From Eledone cirrhosa (lineage: Eukaryota), in NCBI GenBank assembly GCA_964016885.1, contig OZ024762.1, forward strand, positions 27,962,001-28,026,000: DNA of 64,000 nucleotides, in the 5' to 3' direction. The notes under the pieces are model-generated. The model did no database searches, was not told where the DNA came from, and was given only the letters and a program-made list of their open reading frames with translations. Position numbers and translations under genes: made by a program. Below, piece after piece: positions 1 through 13,189 of the stretch (positions are counted from its first letter, which is position 1; every line of letters starts with the position of its first letter).

Positions 1-344
1 ATAAAAAAGAAATATTTGTTACTATCAATCCATAATCAGCCGAATTTTTGCATTTCTATTTTTCTCACCCCACCACCAACACCACCCCATCACTTTCTTC
101 CTCTTTCTTTCTTCATTTATTTATTTAATATTTAGATAATTCTTAAAATATTTTTCCCAATATTTTACACATTGCTCTCTCAGACGGAGAAAGGAATTTT
201 GTAAGAATAAAAAATGAAAAAAAAAATTGTAAAAATAAAAACTATTTTTTTTATTTTTTACATATCAGGATGTGTTTTGTTTGTTGTTGATGATGATGAT
301 GATGCCCCTATTGTTTAACCCCAGGTCAGCCTTGGTTGATTAGG

Positions 345-795
345 GTTTCTTATTTAGGCTCAAGGGGAAACAATTTTGGGAGGAGGGGAAAGTCGATTAA
401 ATTGATCCCAGTGCATTACTGGTACTTTATTTTATCTACCCCGTGGGGATGAAAGGCAAAGTTAACCTTGGGGGGATTTGAACTCAGAATGCAAAGAGAC
501 ATAATTCTATGCCCCAAAGCATGTTGTTCGATGCTCTAACGATTCTGCCAATCCACCGACCAGGTCAGCCTTGATAATTGTTTCTGATTTAGGCTCAAGA
601 GGAAACAATTTGGGGAGGAAGGCAAAGCGGATTAAATCGACCCCAGTATGTTACTGGTACTTTATTTTATCGACCACCATAAGAATGAAAGGCAAAGCTA
701 ACCTTGGTAGGATTTGAACTCAGAACATAAAGAGAGGTAACTATATGCCACAAAGAACGTTATCCGACGCTCTACCGATTCTGCCAGTCCACAAC
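345..795 (-). mobile_element. Two tandem copies of tRNA-derived SINE family A
   Basis: Reverse complement shows the head GGTGGATTGGCAGAATCG (A-box-like) and GAGTTCAAATCC (B-box), then TTTGCCTTTCATCC...GTCGATAAAATAAAGTACCAG. The same family recurs more than 10 times in the window. Confidence 0.8.
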
Positions 796-899
796 CCTCA
801 GTAGGCTTTAATAACGAAGCTCTATAAAGTGGTTGGCATTAGGCACGACATCCAGCCATGGCAAACCAAGCTCAAACCAAGAATGGAAAATAGACATTA

Positions 900-1362
900 A
901 ATGGTTATGATGATGATAGTGGTGGTGATGGTGGTGGTAATGATGATGATGATGATGATAATGAATGCCATGATGATGGTGAGGATGACGATGATGACGA
1001 TGATGATGGTGATAGCGGTGATGATGATGATGATAGCGGTGATGATGATGGTGATAGCGGTGATGATGGTGATGACAATGAATGTGATGATGATGATGAT
1101 AATGATGAGAATAATGGTAATGATGATGATGATGATGATGATAATGAATGTCATGATGATGGTGACGATGACGATGATGATAATGATGATGATGGTGATG
1201 ACGATGAGGATGATGGTGATGATGATGATGATGTTGACGATGATGACGTTGACGATGATGGTGATGGCGGTGATGATGATAATAATGATGGTGATGGTGA
1301 TGATGATGGCGGTGATAATGATGTTGACGATGATGGTGATGGCGGTGATGATGATAATAATG
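900..1362. repeat. Degenerate (ATG)n trinucleotide microsatellite
   Basis: Direct reading; explains the poly-Met and poly-Ile ORFs. Confidence 0.95.
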
Positions 1363-1819
1363 ATTGTTTCTACTTTTGGCACAAGGTCAGCAATTACCCC
1401 AGTACATTACTGGTACTTTATTTTATTGACCTCGTAAGGATGAAAGGCAAAGCTAACCTTGACGGGATTTGAACTCTTAATGATGATGGCGATGATGATG
1501 ATACTACATATGGACGTGAGCCTTACCCCAACATAAACACAAACCCACTAAGTCCCAGCCCATGCTATCTATCAATGAGGTCAACCAAATATTTTTCCAT
1601 GAACCTACATGTTACCTGACCTACCACATATGTACTGCACCAGACATAGAGTAGATCTAATCACAACCTTCAATAATTACTTGTATGTAGAGGGGGGGGG
1701 TGAGGATGATGTATGTGATCAGGCTGCAGTTATCATTCATATTATGTGGCTCACTCTCTCTCACTCTCTCTTTATATATTTATATATATGTGTGTGTGTG
1801 TGTATTTATATATATTCTA

Positions 1820-2880
1820 AGATCCTTGTAAGTAGACTAGAAAACAGAACCCAGATCCCCTCAGGGAAATGGCCTTGCTCAGTATGTAGGAAAGGTGTAG
1901 GTAGGAACTCCATTCTCTGCCCCAAATGCAAACAATGGGTACACAAGAGATGTAGCGGGATCTCAGGAAGCTTAATTAAGAATGTAGGCTTCACATGCAG
2001 CAGCTGTACTGGGACAGCAAGCAGCAAACAGCCACAGGAAACAAGTACCACCAAACTCTGGGAGGGCTCTGTAGAAACAGTAGACAGCTTCTGCTACCTA
2101 GGTGACCGAATTAGCAGCAGAAGTGGGTGTTCAGAAAGTACAATAACTAGGGTAAGAACGGAAATGGAAGAAGTTTAGGGAACTACTACCACTGCTAGCT
2201 GCAAAAGGCTTCTCCCTCAGAATGAAAGGCAGACTGTATGATGCTTGTATCCGAACAGCAATATTACATGGTAGTGAGACCTGGGCGCTGAAGGTGGAAG
2301 ACTTACGTAGATTAGAGAGAAACGAAGCCTGCATGCTCCAATGGATGTAATAGTAATATACACGAACGGCAAAGCATAAATGAATTGAGAGAGAGACTGA
2401 GCATAAGAGGAATCAAATGTTGTGTGCAGGAGAGGCGGTTGCATTGGTATGGACATGTGATGCGTATAAAGGATGACAGCTGCATAAAAAGGTGCAGAGC
2501 ACTAGAAGTCATTGGGAATCGCGGAGTGGGGAGACCCAAGTAGACCTGGGATGAGGTGATAAAAGCCGACCTTACCCAATTACACCTCTCAAAGGCGATG
2601 ACACACGACCGTGACCCTCCCACTGCAAAGTGGTCGTGGAGGTGCCACGGCAAAAAAAGCACCCAGCCCACACTGTAAAGTGGACGTGTAGGCGCCACGG
2701 AAAAAAGCACCCAGCACTCACTGTAAATGAGGTTGGTGTTAGGAAGGGCATCTAGCTTTAAAAATCAAGCCAAAATCAGTTCCTGTATGAGCAAGGCAGA
2801 CACTGCCCACAACAGGACAATCCGTCTAACCCATGCTAGCATGGAAGAACGGACGTAAAACAGTGATGATGATGATGATG
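1820..2880 (+). mobile_element. 5'-truncated RTE-like LINE: C-terminal ORF remnant, 3' UTR and (GAT)n tail
   Basis: KWPCSVCRKGVGRNSILCPKCKQWVHKRCSG Cys/His finger, then FCYLGD, LHGSETW and RRLHWYGHV-type motifs broken by frameshifts and stops. Ends CGGACGTAAAAC(AGT)GATGATGAT. Confidence 0.8.
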
Positions 2881-2889
2881 ATATATATA

Positions 2890-4290
2890 TATATATTTTT
2901 TTTTTTTCTAGGGTGGGTAAAATTCCCGATATCCATGGACGAATTCTCTCCAGCGATCTCTGTCCCTCATTATTGCTGCCATGTCCTGCGTCTCCAACAG
3001 ACCAGTGTCTGTCCTTAGGGCATCAACATACATTAACCTTGGTCTTCCTCTTCCAGTGTGTCCATGTAGGGGCTCCCACAGGAGCACTGAGTGCAATGTC
3101 AACTGTGTATGTCGGTGAGCATGTCCAGCTAACCTCAGTCTCCTCTGTGTCACTTTTGAGCTGACTTTTGGGAGGCTCCCATACAGGTCTGGATGATCAT
3201 CAACGAGATCACAAGGAGGAGGAGAAGGAGGAGGAGAAGGTGTTCGAGTCAGATCCAGGGAACAGGACCCAAGGATAGAAAGGGGAAATGGCTAGAACAT
3301 TTTAGGACCCTACTAGGAGAGCCGCCCTCCACAACCCAGAACACTGGGGAGATCAGGCGGCTGTTTGAAGAACTGGATATTGAGACAGAGCCCTTCACCA
3401 GAGAGGAGCTTCAGAGAGCCAAGAAGAAGATCAAGGAGGGCAAGGCTCATGGAGAAGATGGAGTGGCATCAGAGGTGATGAAGAGGTGTGATTTTAATGA
3501 TATCATCCTGGGGTTCTGAAACCAGGCACTGGAGAAGGGAGTTGCCCCGAATCAGTGGAGGATCAGTAACATCGTCCCAGTGCCAAAGAAGGGAGATCTC
3601 TCTAACACCAACAACTACAGGGGGATTTCACTGACGTCACTTGTGGCAAAGACCCTGAAAAGGATGATTCTTAACAGGATCCAGCCTGAGATGGAGAAGA
3701 TGCTCAGGGACAACTAGAATGGCTTCAGGGAGGGAAGATCAACCACCATCACATCCTGATGCTGAGGAGGATATTAGAGGGAGCTAGAGCAAAGTGCCTT
3801 CTTGCGGTCATGGTTTTCATTGACTTTAGGAAGGCTTTTGATTCTGTGGGCCATCACTGCCTGATGAAGATCTTACAGGCTTATGGAATCCCCAAGAAGA
3901 TAGTGGACCTGATATCACTGCTCTACACCAACACCAAAGCCCAAGTCATTACACCTGATGGGATGACAGAGTTCTTTGAGATACTGACTGGAGTGATCCA
4001 GGGAGATACATTGGCTCCCTACCTTTTTATCATCGTAGTGGACTATTGTATGTGCCTTGCAATGGAGAAACACCAGGACTCTGGCTTTACTGTAACACCG
4101 GCTCAGATCAGAAGAATTAAGGCGAAAAAGATATCGGTTGCTGAATTTGCTAATGACATAGTTTTGGTGACAAATACAGCGAGGGAGGCAGAAGATTTGA
4201 TGCAGAAGTTGAGACTGCGTCAATGAGTGTGGGGCTGAGAATGAATGAGACTAAGACAAAATGTCTGGTAGAGAATGTTGAGAAGCCAAA
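2890..4290. mobile_element. Second non-LTR (RTE-like) retrotransposon with an internal inversion
   Basis: 3' end on the minus strand at 2890-3190 (DLYGSLPKVSSKVTQRRLRLAGH...GRGRPR...DRDRWREFV, poly-T on +). RT core on the plus strand at 3190-4290 (VPVPKKGDLS..NYRGISL, FIDFRKAFDS, GVIQGDTLAPYLF, degenerate FADD read as FAND), with stops and a frameshift. Confidence 0.85.
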
Positions 4291-4468
4291 GTATTAAAGT
4301 AACAGTTTAAGCAAAGAATTATTAAATTAAGGTTTAAGCAAAGAATCTTTGCTTAAATTTAATCTGTTATTTTAATAAATATTTGCTCTACGGTTCTTAT
4401 ATATTTGATATATATTTATCCTTATCGAGCCCTCTTTGGATTTTAGTCTTCAAATTTATTTTTATTAT

Positions 4469-4542
<74 letters not shown>

Positions 4543-4601
4543 TTCGTTTCTGAATTTGTTTAGCAAGATTCTTTATCTGAAAACGTGTGTTGAAACCGAT
4601 A

Positions 4602-6355
4602 TTGTTATACTTTGGGAGGGTCATGTTGCCAATAAGAAACACACGCACCAGTTGCTTTCACTTCAATTTATTAAAATAAGTTTATAAATTTAGGAATTTA
4701 TAAATTTCCGGTTGGTTGGTTGGTTGGTTCCACAACCAGATCATTGTTTATATATTGTCAAAGTTCTTTCGTCACACATTCTGTGACCTCTTCAGTGACT
4801 GGGGATTCTTTTCTTTGTTTTTGTGCCTCTCCTTTGTTCTGTCCTATGCCATCTTGTTTTTGTGTGTGTATTGTGTGTTTAGTTTGCGCATGTGTTACAT
4901 CCGGCTGTCTGTGTGTGTTTATATTCGTTTATTTATTTGTTTATTTATATGTTACTGGTTGGTTGTTTGTTCTATGTGCGTGTGTGTTTTCATTTTGTCC
5001 TTAATTGTAAGTTGTGATGTTGCTATTCCACTCATGTTTTCTATTTGATTTTGGTTGGAGTTCATTTATGTTTATTGCCTCTGTGATTTGTCTAAACATT
5101 GCGTCTTTTCTGTGTGTAGATTCTATTTTTATTTCTATGTTCTCTAATTTACCCTTATGTTCTACTTTAGCATGTTGGTAGAGTACAGATGATTCTTTAC
5201 TATCTTGAAGGTCTTGCCTGTGTTCATTTATCCATTCTACGAGCTGTCTCACCTACATCTTATGCTATATACCAGTACATCTTATGCTATATACTACATT
5301 TCTAGTTTTACAATTAATATGGGGGCTTAATTTACAGATTATACATTTCTTAGTGTTTTTATGGAGGTACCTGGTCTTTCTACTATCTTAATATTGAGTT
5401 TATGTTTATCTAGGGCCCTTCTAAATTTGTAAGCTAATTCACCTCTAGGGGTTGTATCGATGAACATTACACTCTGGTACTTATTGCTATCATACCATGA
5501 GTTTATTCTATTAGCCTTATTCCTAGTTCTTTCTATTCTATTCCAAAATTTGCTCCTATACAAGGGGCAGGTCACATTTGTGTCATTATTTACCATTTTG
5601 TCCCATTTGGTTCTGGCTCCTCTATATACTCTGATTTTATCTCTCTGATTGTAGCCAGAGAACAGTTCTTCGGCGTTGCACATGCGGGACACCTTTCTCA
5701 TCACCCGTACCAAATCCGCAATCAGTATGTTGATTTTGGTATGGTCCGAAACAGCTGAGTTTCGGTGGATCAGATATTTGGAAGTCATGGGTTTGGCATA
5801 ATGGGAGTGGTGGATTTGTTTTTTGTTATTAATGGTATCTAACCAGAGCTCTGTGTCTAGTACAGGTAATCGATGGTTGGGGTGTTTGCTTGGGTAGTCT
5901 ATAGTAACTCTAATACTCTGGTGAATGGAGTTAGCTATTTGCTGGATGTTTTCCATTGTGTTTTTCTCTAGTTCCTGACTGTTCTCTAGTGGGGGTGTTT
6001 TAACTACGATGTTTATATCATCAACGTAGCGGGAGTACATTATCAGGGTTAATGGGTCTTCTAATTGTTCTTTAAGTTTAAGTTTAAGTCTACTGTCCCA
6101 CCATACCATGAATATGCTAACACCAATGGCTGCTCTCTCCTCTTGGGCATATGTTTTTCCATTAGATTTGAACATATGTTCCTTAAGGGTTAATTTTATG
6201 CTGGCCCCCACCGCATGTGCAATCATTTTCTTTAGTTCATCGTGGTTTTCGGGGGTCCGTATGGCTCTGGTCCACCCGTTCCATCTATCTGTGTGGGTTT
6301 TCTTAGCCATTGAGGTAATGGTATGTGGTCTGCTTCTTGCTGGTCTTGTAGGGCG
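4602..6355 (-). mobile_element. Inverted partial copy (3' half plus terminal region) of the adjacent Penelope-like element
   Basis: Reverse complement of about 7275-9131; ORFs 5339-6427(-) and 5001-5252(-) match ORFs 7613-8437 and 8480-8749. Confidence 0.95.
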
Positions 6356-9129
6356 CATAAAGTAGCAGCCTGGAATTCTACTTTTTATAATCCTTCCGAT
6401 AAGTCGTTCGACCTGCGACGAGTCCACGCCACGACTTTAGCTTTTAACAAACGCACGCAATTGCCGTCGCTGGTTGATGAACAAACAGAAGCACAATTTA
6501 GTATAGCTAGATCTAAACTTAGAAATATTATAGAACAGTATAGCCAAAAACATAATAGAATGGAGGCCCAGCAACTGGGAGAAAAATCTGCAAATGGCTT
6601 GCGTAAGCTCATGCAGCGCTCGTGTAATGGAGAGATAGCATGCTTTCCAACAGACAAGTCTGGCAGAATGTCGGTTGACAGTCTGCCAAACTACATCCAG
6701 GCAATGCAACCCCACATCACTAACACAAGAGAAGTAACACCACAAGAGCATGAGGATAGAGAAAAAGCCCTCAATGCCCATATGATGATGTGGACAAATA
6801 TAATGCAGCCCAACAAAAGGACTGCCAACAACTTCCAGGCCTGGAACAATGAAGTGCCAGCGTTGTATGGGCTTCGAAAAGACCATAAAACGAGCAGTGA
6901 CCCTGTCACAGGACCACCAACACGGCCAGTCTGTGGAGCTAACATTGCTAGTAACTACAGACTTTCCTACTTCCTCTCCCTGATCATACGCCCCATCATT
7001 GAAATGTCCCCAGATGTATGTGACAGCACGGAGGACCTCCTCAGCAGAATCGGCGAGGGTAACCGATTTAGGGACCTAACAAACTGCATAATAGGTAGTA
7101 TGGATGTTGTGTCCCTGTATCCATCTATTGACGTGGATTTTGCTGTGGAGAAATGCGTAGAAATGATCAGTGAGAGCAATGTTGAATTCCGTGGGATTGA
7201 TACCAGTGAGCTGGGACTCCTACATAAACTTACCTATAGTAATAATTACCTAGACACATATGACCTTAGCAACCTGTGCCCTACAAGACCAGCAAGAGGC
7301 AGACCACCCACCATTACCTCAATGGCCAAGAAAACCCACACAGATAGATGGAACGGGTGGACCAGAGCCATACGGATCCTCGAAAACCACGATGAACTAA
7401 AGAAAATGATTTCACATGCGGTGGGGGCCAGCATAAAATTAACCCTTAAGGAACATATGTTCAAATTTAATGGAAAAACATATGCCCAAGAGGAGGGAGC
7501 AGCCATTGGTGTTAGCATTGCAGGCGACATAGCTAACCTATTCATGGTATGGTGGGACAGTAGACTTAAACTTAAACTTAAAGAACAATTATAAGACCCC
7601 TTAACCCTGATAATGTACTCCCGCTACGTTGATGATATAAACATCGTAGTTAAAACACCCCCACTAGAGAACAGTCAGGAACTAGAGAAAAACACAATGG
7701 AAAGCATCCAGCAAATAGCTAACTCCATCCACCAGAGAATTAGAGTTACTATAGACTACCCAAGCAAACACCCCAACCATCGATTACCTGTACTAGACAC
7801 AGAGCTCTGGTTAGATAATAACAAAAAACAAATCCTCCATTCCCATTATGCCAAACCCATGACTTCCAAATATCTGATCCACCGAAACTCAGCTGTTTCG
7901 GACCATACCAAAATCAACATACTGATTGCGGATTTGGTACGGGTGATGAGAAATGTGTCCCGCATGTGCAACCCCGAAGAACTAGAGAGACACATACAAC
8001 ACTTCATCCACCATATGCAGTTCTCTGGTTACAATCAGAGAGATAAAATCAGAGTATATAGAGGAGCCAGAATCAAATGGGAAAAAATGGTAAATAATGA
8101 CACAAATGGGACCTGCCCCTTGTATAGGAGCAAATTTTGGAATAGAATAGAAAGAACTAGGAATAAGGCTAATAGAATAAACTCATGGTATGATAGCAAT
8201 AAGTACCAGAGTGTAATGTTCATCGATACAACCCCTAGAGGTGAATTAGCTTACAAATTTAGAAGGGCCCTAGATAAACATAAATTCAATATTAAGATAG
8301 TAGAAAGACCAGGTACCTTCATAAAAACACTTATTAGCAATACATACCCTTTTCAAAGACCTCTCTGTATAGATAAGAAATGTATAATCTGTAAATTAAG
8401 CCCCCATATTAACTGTAAAACTAGAAATGTAGTATAGAGCATAAGATGTACTGAAGGACAATGTAGAGATAAAAATATAGTGTACATAGGTGAGACAGCT
8501 CGTAGTATAGGGGAACGGATAAATGAACACTGGCAAGACCTTCAAGATAGTAAAGAATCATCTGTACTCTACCAACATGCTAAAATAGAACATAAGGGTA
8601 AATTAGAGAACATAGAAATAAAAATAGAATCTACACACAGAAAAGACGCAATGTTTAGACAAATCACAGAGGCAATAAACATAAATGAACTCCAACCAAA
8701 ATTAAATAGAAAACATGAGTGGAACAGCAACATCACAACTTACAATTAAGGACAAAATGAAAATACACACATGCACATAGAACAAACAACCAGCCAGTAA
8801 CATGTAAATAAACAAATAAATAAACAAATATAAACACACACAGACACCCGGATGTAACAGATGCGCAAACTAAGCACACAACACACACACAAAAACAAGA
8901 TGGCGTAGGACAGAACAAAGGAGAGGTACAAAAATAAAGAAAAGAATCCACAGTCACTGAAGAGGTCACAGAATGTGTGACGAAAGAACTTTGACAATAT
9001 ATAAACAATCATCTGGTTGTGGAACCAACCAACCAACCGGAAATTTATAAATTTATTATGAGAAATTGAAGTGATATCAACTGGTGCGTGTGTTGCTTAT
9101 TGGCAACATGACCCTCCCAAAGTATAACA

Positions 9130-9131
<2 letters not shown>
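6355..9131 (+). mobile_element. Penelope-like retroelement (RT + Cys linker + C-terminal GIY-YIG; Neptune-like), ORF broken by two nonsense codons
   Basis: TDKSG, YGLRKDHK, PTRPVC, SMDVVSLYPSI, GAAIG, YSRYVDD, then C-x4-C-x2-C linker and NVV(Y)...YIGETARS..ER..EH. ORFs 6323, 7613 and 8480 share one frame; stops at 7592 and 8435. Confidence 0.92.
8953..8995 (+). ncRNA. Minimal type I hammerhead-like motif in the PLE 3' terminal region (mirror copy on - strand at ~4757-4799)
   Basis: GTCA-CTGAAGA-G-GTCACA(GAATG)TGTGAC-GAAA-GAAC-TT-TGAC: stem I GTCA/TGAC, one extra G after the core. Confidence 0.65.
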
Positions 9132-9161
<30 letters not shown>

Positions 9162-9170
9162 GTATATATA

Positions 9171-9246
<76 letters not shown>

Positions 9247-9297
9247 CATATATATATATGTATATATATATATGTATATGTATATATATATGTATAT

Positions 9298-9345
<48 letters not shown>

Positions 9346-9367
9346 ATATATATATATATATGTGTGT

Positions 9368-9437
<70 letters not shown>

Positions 9438-9503
9438 ATATATATATACATATATATATGTATATATATATATGTATATATATATGTAAATATATATATA
9501 TAT
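9131..9503. repeat. (TA)n-rich microsatellite; many more at about 4472-4540, 9992-10065, 11959-12022, 12211-12280, 12366-12436, 12631-12704, 42832-42916 and 57244-57310
   Basis: Direct reading. Confidence 0.97.
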
Positions 9504-9865
9504 AAATTAATAAAAACAATGAATAAAAACAAAGAACAAGATCATTATATTAAAAATTCATCATTTTACGATTGTTTCTAGGATATATATGTGTGTTGGT
9601 ATGTATATCATATAGATCTATGTAAATATTTTACAAACTATCAAAGGAAATATACATACCTACACATATATATGCTGTCTTCAGAAGACAGCATATATAT
9701 GTGTAGGTATGTATATTTCCTCTGATAGTTTGTAATATTTTTACATAGATCTATATGATATACATACCAACACACATATATATCCTAGAGACGATCGTAA
9801 AGTGATGAATTTTTTAATATAAGGAACTTGTTCTTTGTTTTTATTCATTGTTTTTATTAATTTAT
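9502..9865. repeat. ~180 bp-arm fold-back inverted repeat with almost no spacer, made of a degenerate HHR unit
   Basis: Centre GCTGTCTT-CAG-AAGACAGC at ~9682. The minus strand reads CTGAAGA-CAGC...GAAACAATCGTA; the other arm has GAGACGATCGTA. Confidence 0.85.
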
Positions 9866-9989
9866 CTTGACTGTCTTCCTATAATTTTCATCAAAAATTT
9901 TTGAATGCATCTTCTCTTTTCATGATATTTGGAATACATTGAGTTCTTCATACGGATTGGACACTATCGTATATTTTCGTAGATTTATC

Positions 9990-10071
<82 letters not shown>

Positions 10072-10544
10072 AATACACACACAGAAAATATCTTGATAAT
10101 TCTGTATCTTCTTATCTTGTAATGACCTCACGAATTCCTTTATCAAAGAAATTACATGATTTTCATCAAAGAATCCTCCTCTCCCTTGCTCTTTCTCTCG
10201 CTATCTCTCTCTTTCACTCTCTCTCTCTATATATATATATATCTCGCACACACATACGCTCACACATTTTTTCTATCTATCTCTCTATCTATCTTTCCCA
10301 GTTTCTTGATATTATTTGTGCTCTCTCATGCCCCCCCCCCCCCCCCCACCTATAATACACTCACACATGTTTCTATACACTGCCACCCAACAACTAACCA
10401 CTAACCATACAGGTGTCCTGTCTGATGATCCTCTGAGTACACAGCTGTAACTCCAGAATAACAAGAGTTTTCTCTTAACTATAATAAACAATATATAATA
10501 TATATATTTCCGTATCTGCCGTTATGTTATATATAGTTATATAT

Positions 10545-10946
10545 ACCTTACCCAATTGCACCTCTCAAAGGCGATGACACACGACCGTGACCTCTGGCAT
10601 CACGTAGTAATACAGAAGACCCGACTTCCCATCGCTACAAGCCGAATTGAAGCATATAGACAATATACTCCCATCCCCTCCCACTGCAAAGTCGTCGTGG
10701 AGGTGCCATGGCAAAAAAGCCCCCAGCCCACACTGTAAAGTGGTTGTGTAGCATCCACGGAAAAAAAAGCACCCAGCACTCACTGTAAATGAGGTTGGTG
10801 TTAGGAAGGGCATCCAGCTGTAGAAATCAAACCAGAATCAGTTCCCGTATGAGCAAGACAAGATCAGCCGACCGGACACTTCCCACAACAGGACAACCCG
10901 TCTAACCCATGCTAGCGTGGAAGAACGGACGTAAAACGGTGATGAT
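10545..10946 (+). mobile_element. 3' end fragment of the same RTE-like LINE as 1820-2880 (other tails at about 15910-16050, 18555-18830, 23500-23770 and 62875-63115)
   Basis: Near-identical to 2570-2880, including AATGAGGTTGGTGTTAGGAAGGGCATCCAGCTG and the CGGACGTAAAACG tail. Confidence 0.8.
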
Positions 10947-11465
10947 AATATAGCCAGTTCCTTCGGTTGGTTTTCTTGGTTTCACACTTTATAACTGTTG
11001 TGTCTATTCTGCACCTAATGTTTGTGTTTAGCGTTCATTCCATTGAGTGCTTTGTGATTGCCTCAGACAGATTAAATTGTATTTGCTGTACCACAACCAA
11101 AACTTTGATTTACAACTGTTATATATATATATATATATCTATATATATAAAACACTTGTTCTCTGTGTATATACTTTCCTTATGCACATTAACGGCTGAG
11201 CAGCCTAATTTGCATATCGAGTGAGTTAATCGGCCGGGCGCACCGAAAACGATAAATGGAAAAAATGAAACAAAATTTCATTTCTCACTCTTAGTACGGC
11301 TGTTACTTAAATATAAGTATGTATACGTACATACATATATGTATACAAACGTACAGTAGTATGTATATATATACATACATGCACACATATATATATGTAC
11401 GTATGGATTTACCGAACTAGGCTGCTCAGCCGTTAATATGCATAAGGAAAGTATATACTTTCAGA

Positions 11466-11553
11466 TGTTCAATCATCTGACAGGAAGGTATACAGTGTTG
11501 ACGATAGCTAATAAGCTTGAAACTAGTACATCGTTCCTTTGTCAGTGTTGAAC
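11466..11553 (+). ncRNA. Variant hammerhead-like motif (C3U core) inside an extended hairpin
   Basis: GTG-TTGACGA-TAGCT(AATA)AGCTT-GAAA-CTAG-TA-CAT, with outer pairings TGTTCAA/TTGAACA and CTGACA/TGTCAG. Confidence 0.45.
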
Positions 11554-11956
11554 AAAAGGGCAACGATGGTTGCTAAACACTGTACGGCTTAATTTGGGAT
11601 GTTTGTTTACATACAAACCGAGCATTATAATAAATGTTCGGTAAATCGATACGTACATATATATATGTGTGCATGTATGTATATATATATACATACTACC
11701 GTACGTCTGTATACATATATGTCTGTACGTATACATACTTATATTTAAGTAACAGCCGTACGAAGAGCGAGAAATGAAATTTCGTTTCATTTTTTCCATT
11801 TATATATATATATATGAATCTCTTCTACATTAAAACTTATATATATATATATATATATATATATAACGAAGGAATTGTGGTAAGGAACCTGATGGTTATT
11901 TAGTCCAGAAATAGCCGTCAAAACGGCTTGAGCTCTGCCGTCGGGGTCATACTTGT

Positions 11957-12028
<72 letters not shown>

Positions 12029-12069
12029 TATAAGTATTAATAAAATAGATGTTCTCTTGATCAATTCCA

Positions 12070-12120
12070 TTTTATTATACATATTTCGGATGTACATCAG
12101 TACGTCCTCATCAGACAAAA
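12070..12120 (-). ncRNA. Minimal type I hammerhead ribozyme
   Basis: Minus strand: TTTTGT-CTGATGA-GGACGTAC(TGAT)GTACATCC-GAAA-TATGTA-TA-ATAAAA. Core intact and all three stems pair. Confidence 0.8.
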
Positions 12121-12208
12121 TATAATGATACATGACATACCCTGAGATGTTTAATGGTTAAAACTTAATCTTTGACATAATCATTGGATATTGTTTAACA
12201 ACTTAATA

Positions 12209-12282
<74 letters not shown>

Positions 12283-12361
12283 AACAAGTATGCCACACAT
12301 CTCGGAAGTTGTTTTTCGCTAATTTCCAATAGCCGAAATACAATTCTCGGTAATTTATATT

Positions 12362-12437
<76 letters not shown>

Positions 12438-12460
12438 ATGTATAATAAACAATACAATAT

Positions 12461-12538
12461 AATTACCTCATTACCAGAGGTTTCCCGAATAAGACGAATA
12501 CGAAAAATGTCCTCATTCGTTCGTCGGATAAGGTAATT
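12461..12538 (-). ncRNA. Type I hammerhead-like motif with U4C core variant
   Basis: Minus strand: AATTACCTTAT-CCGACGA-ACGAATGAGGAC...GTCTTATTCGG-GAAA-CCTCTGG-TA-ATGAGGTAATT; 11-bp stem I, ~11-bp stem II. Confidence 0.65.
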
Positions 12539-12626
12539 TATTATACAGTAAATTTAGCTCTGGCACTTACATAGAGCACTCTTCACTCCTATGACTTTTT
12601 CAATTTTCAACGGAAACTTCAATACT

Positions 12627-12708
<82 letters not shown>

Positions 12709-13152
12709 ATAAGAATAGATTAAAGTTTAAGCAAAGAATCGTTGCTTTCAACATTAAAGGGATCTTCTGAAACTACAAAAATTAATCTGTGAACGCAGAA
12801 GTAAATATTTCGAGAAATGTTGCAACCGAAGGAAAACAGCAAGACGATATTTTGGTTCGTGAAGACAATCCCTGGCAATGAACGAAAAAAAAGGCGAGGA
12901 TAAGACGTCGTTATGTGGACCGAGAAGAACAATTTCATGCAAAGACAAGACCAAGTTTACGGTATAAATGGAGTCGTTAGACTAATGTTCTATTTAAAAT
13001 AACTGAATGATTTCCAGCCCCGGAGTTGATGTAAATAAAATTGAAAACGAAAATGACAGAGGTTATTAAAATAGTAAAAGTAAATAGTGAAGATTTAAGC
13101 CAGTACATACGTATGCGCCGAGGACATACACATACATATACATACGCACACA

Positions 13153-13189
<37 letters not shown>

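Noticed and set aside
10420-10465. CTGATGA followed by a hairpin (similar partial motifs at ~14896-, 15245- and 44254-)
   Set aside because: No GAAA-stem III-UH in the proper position.
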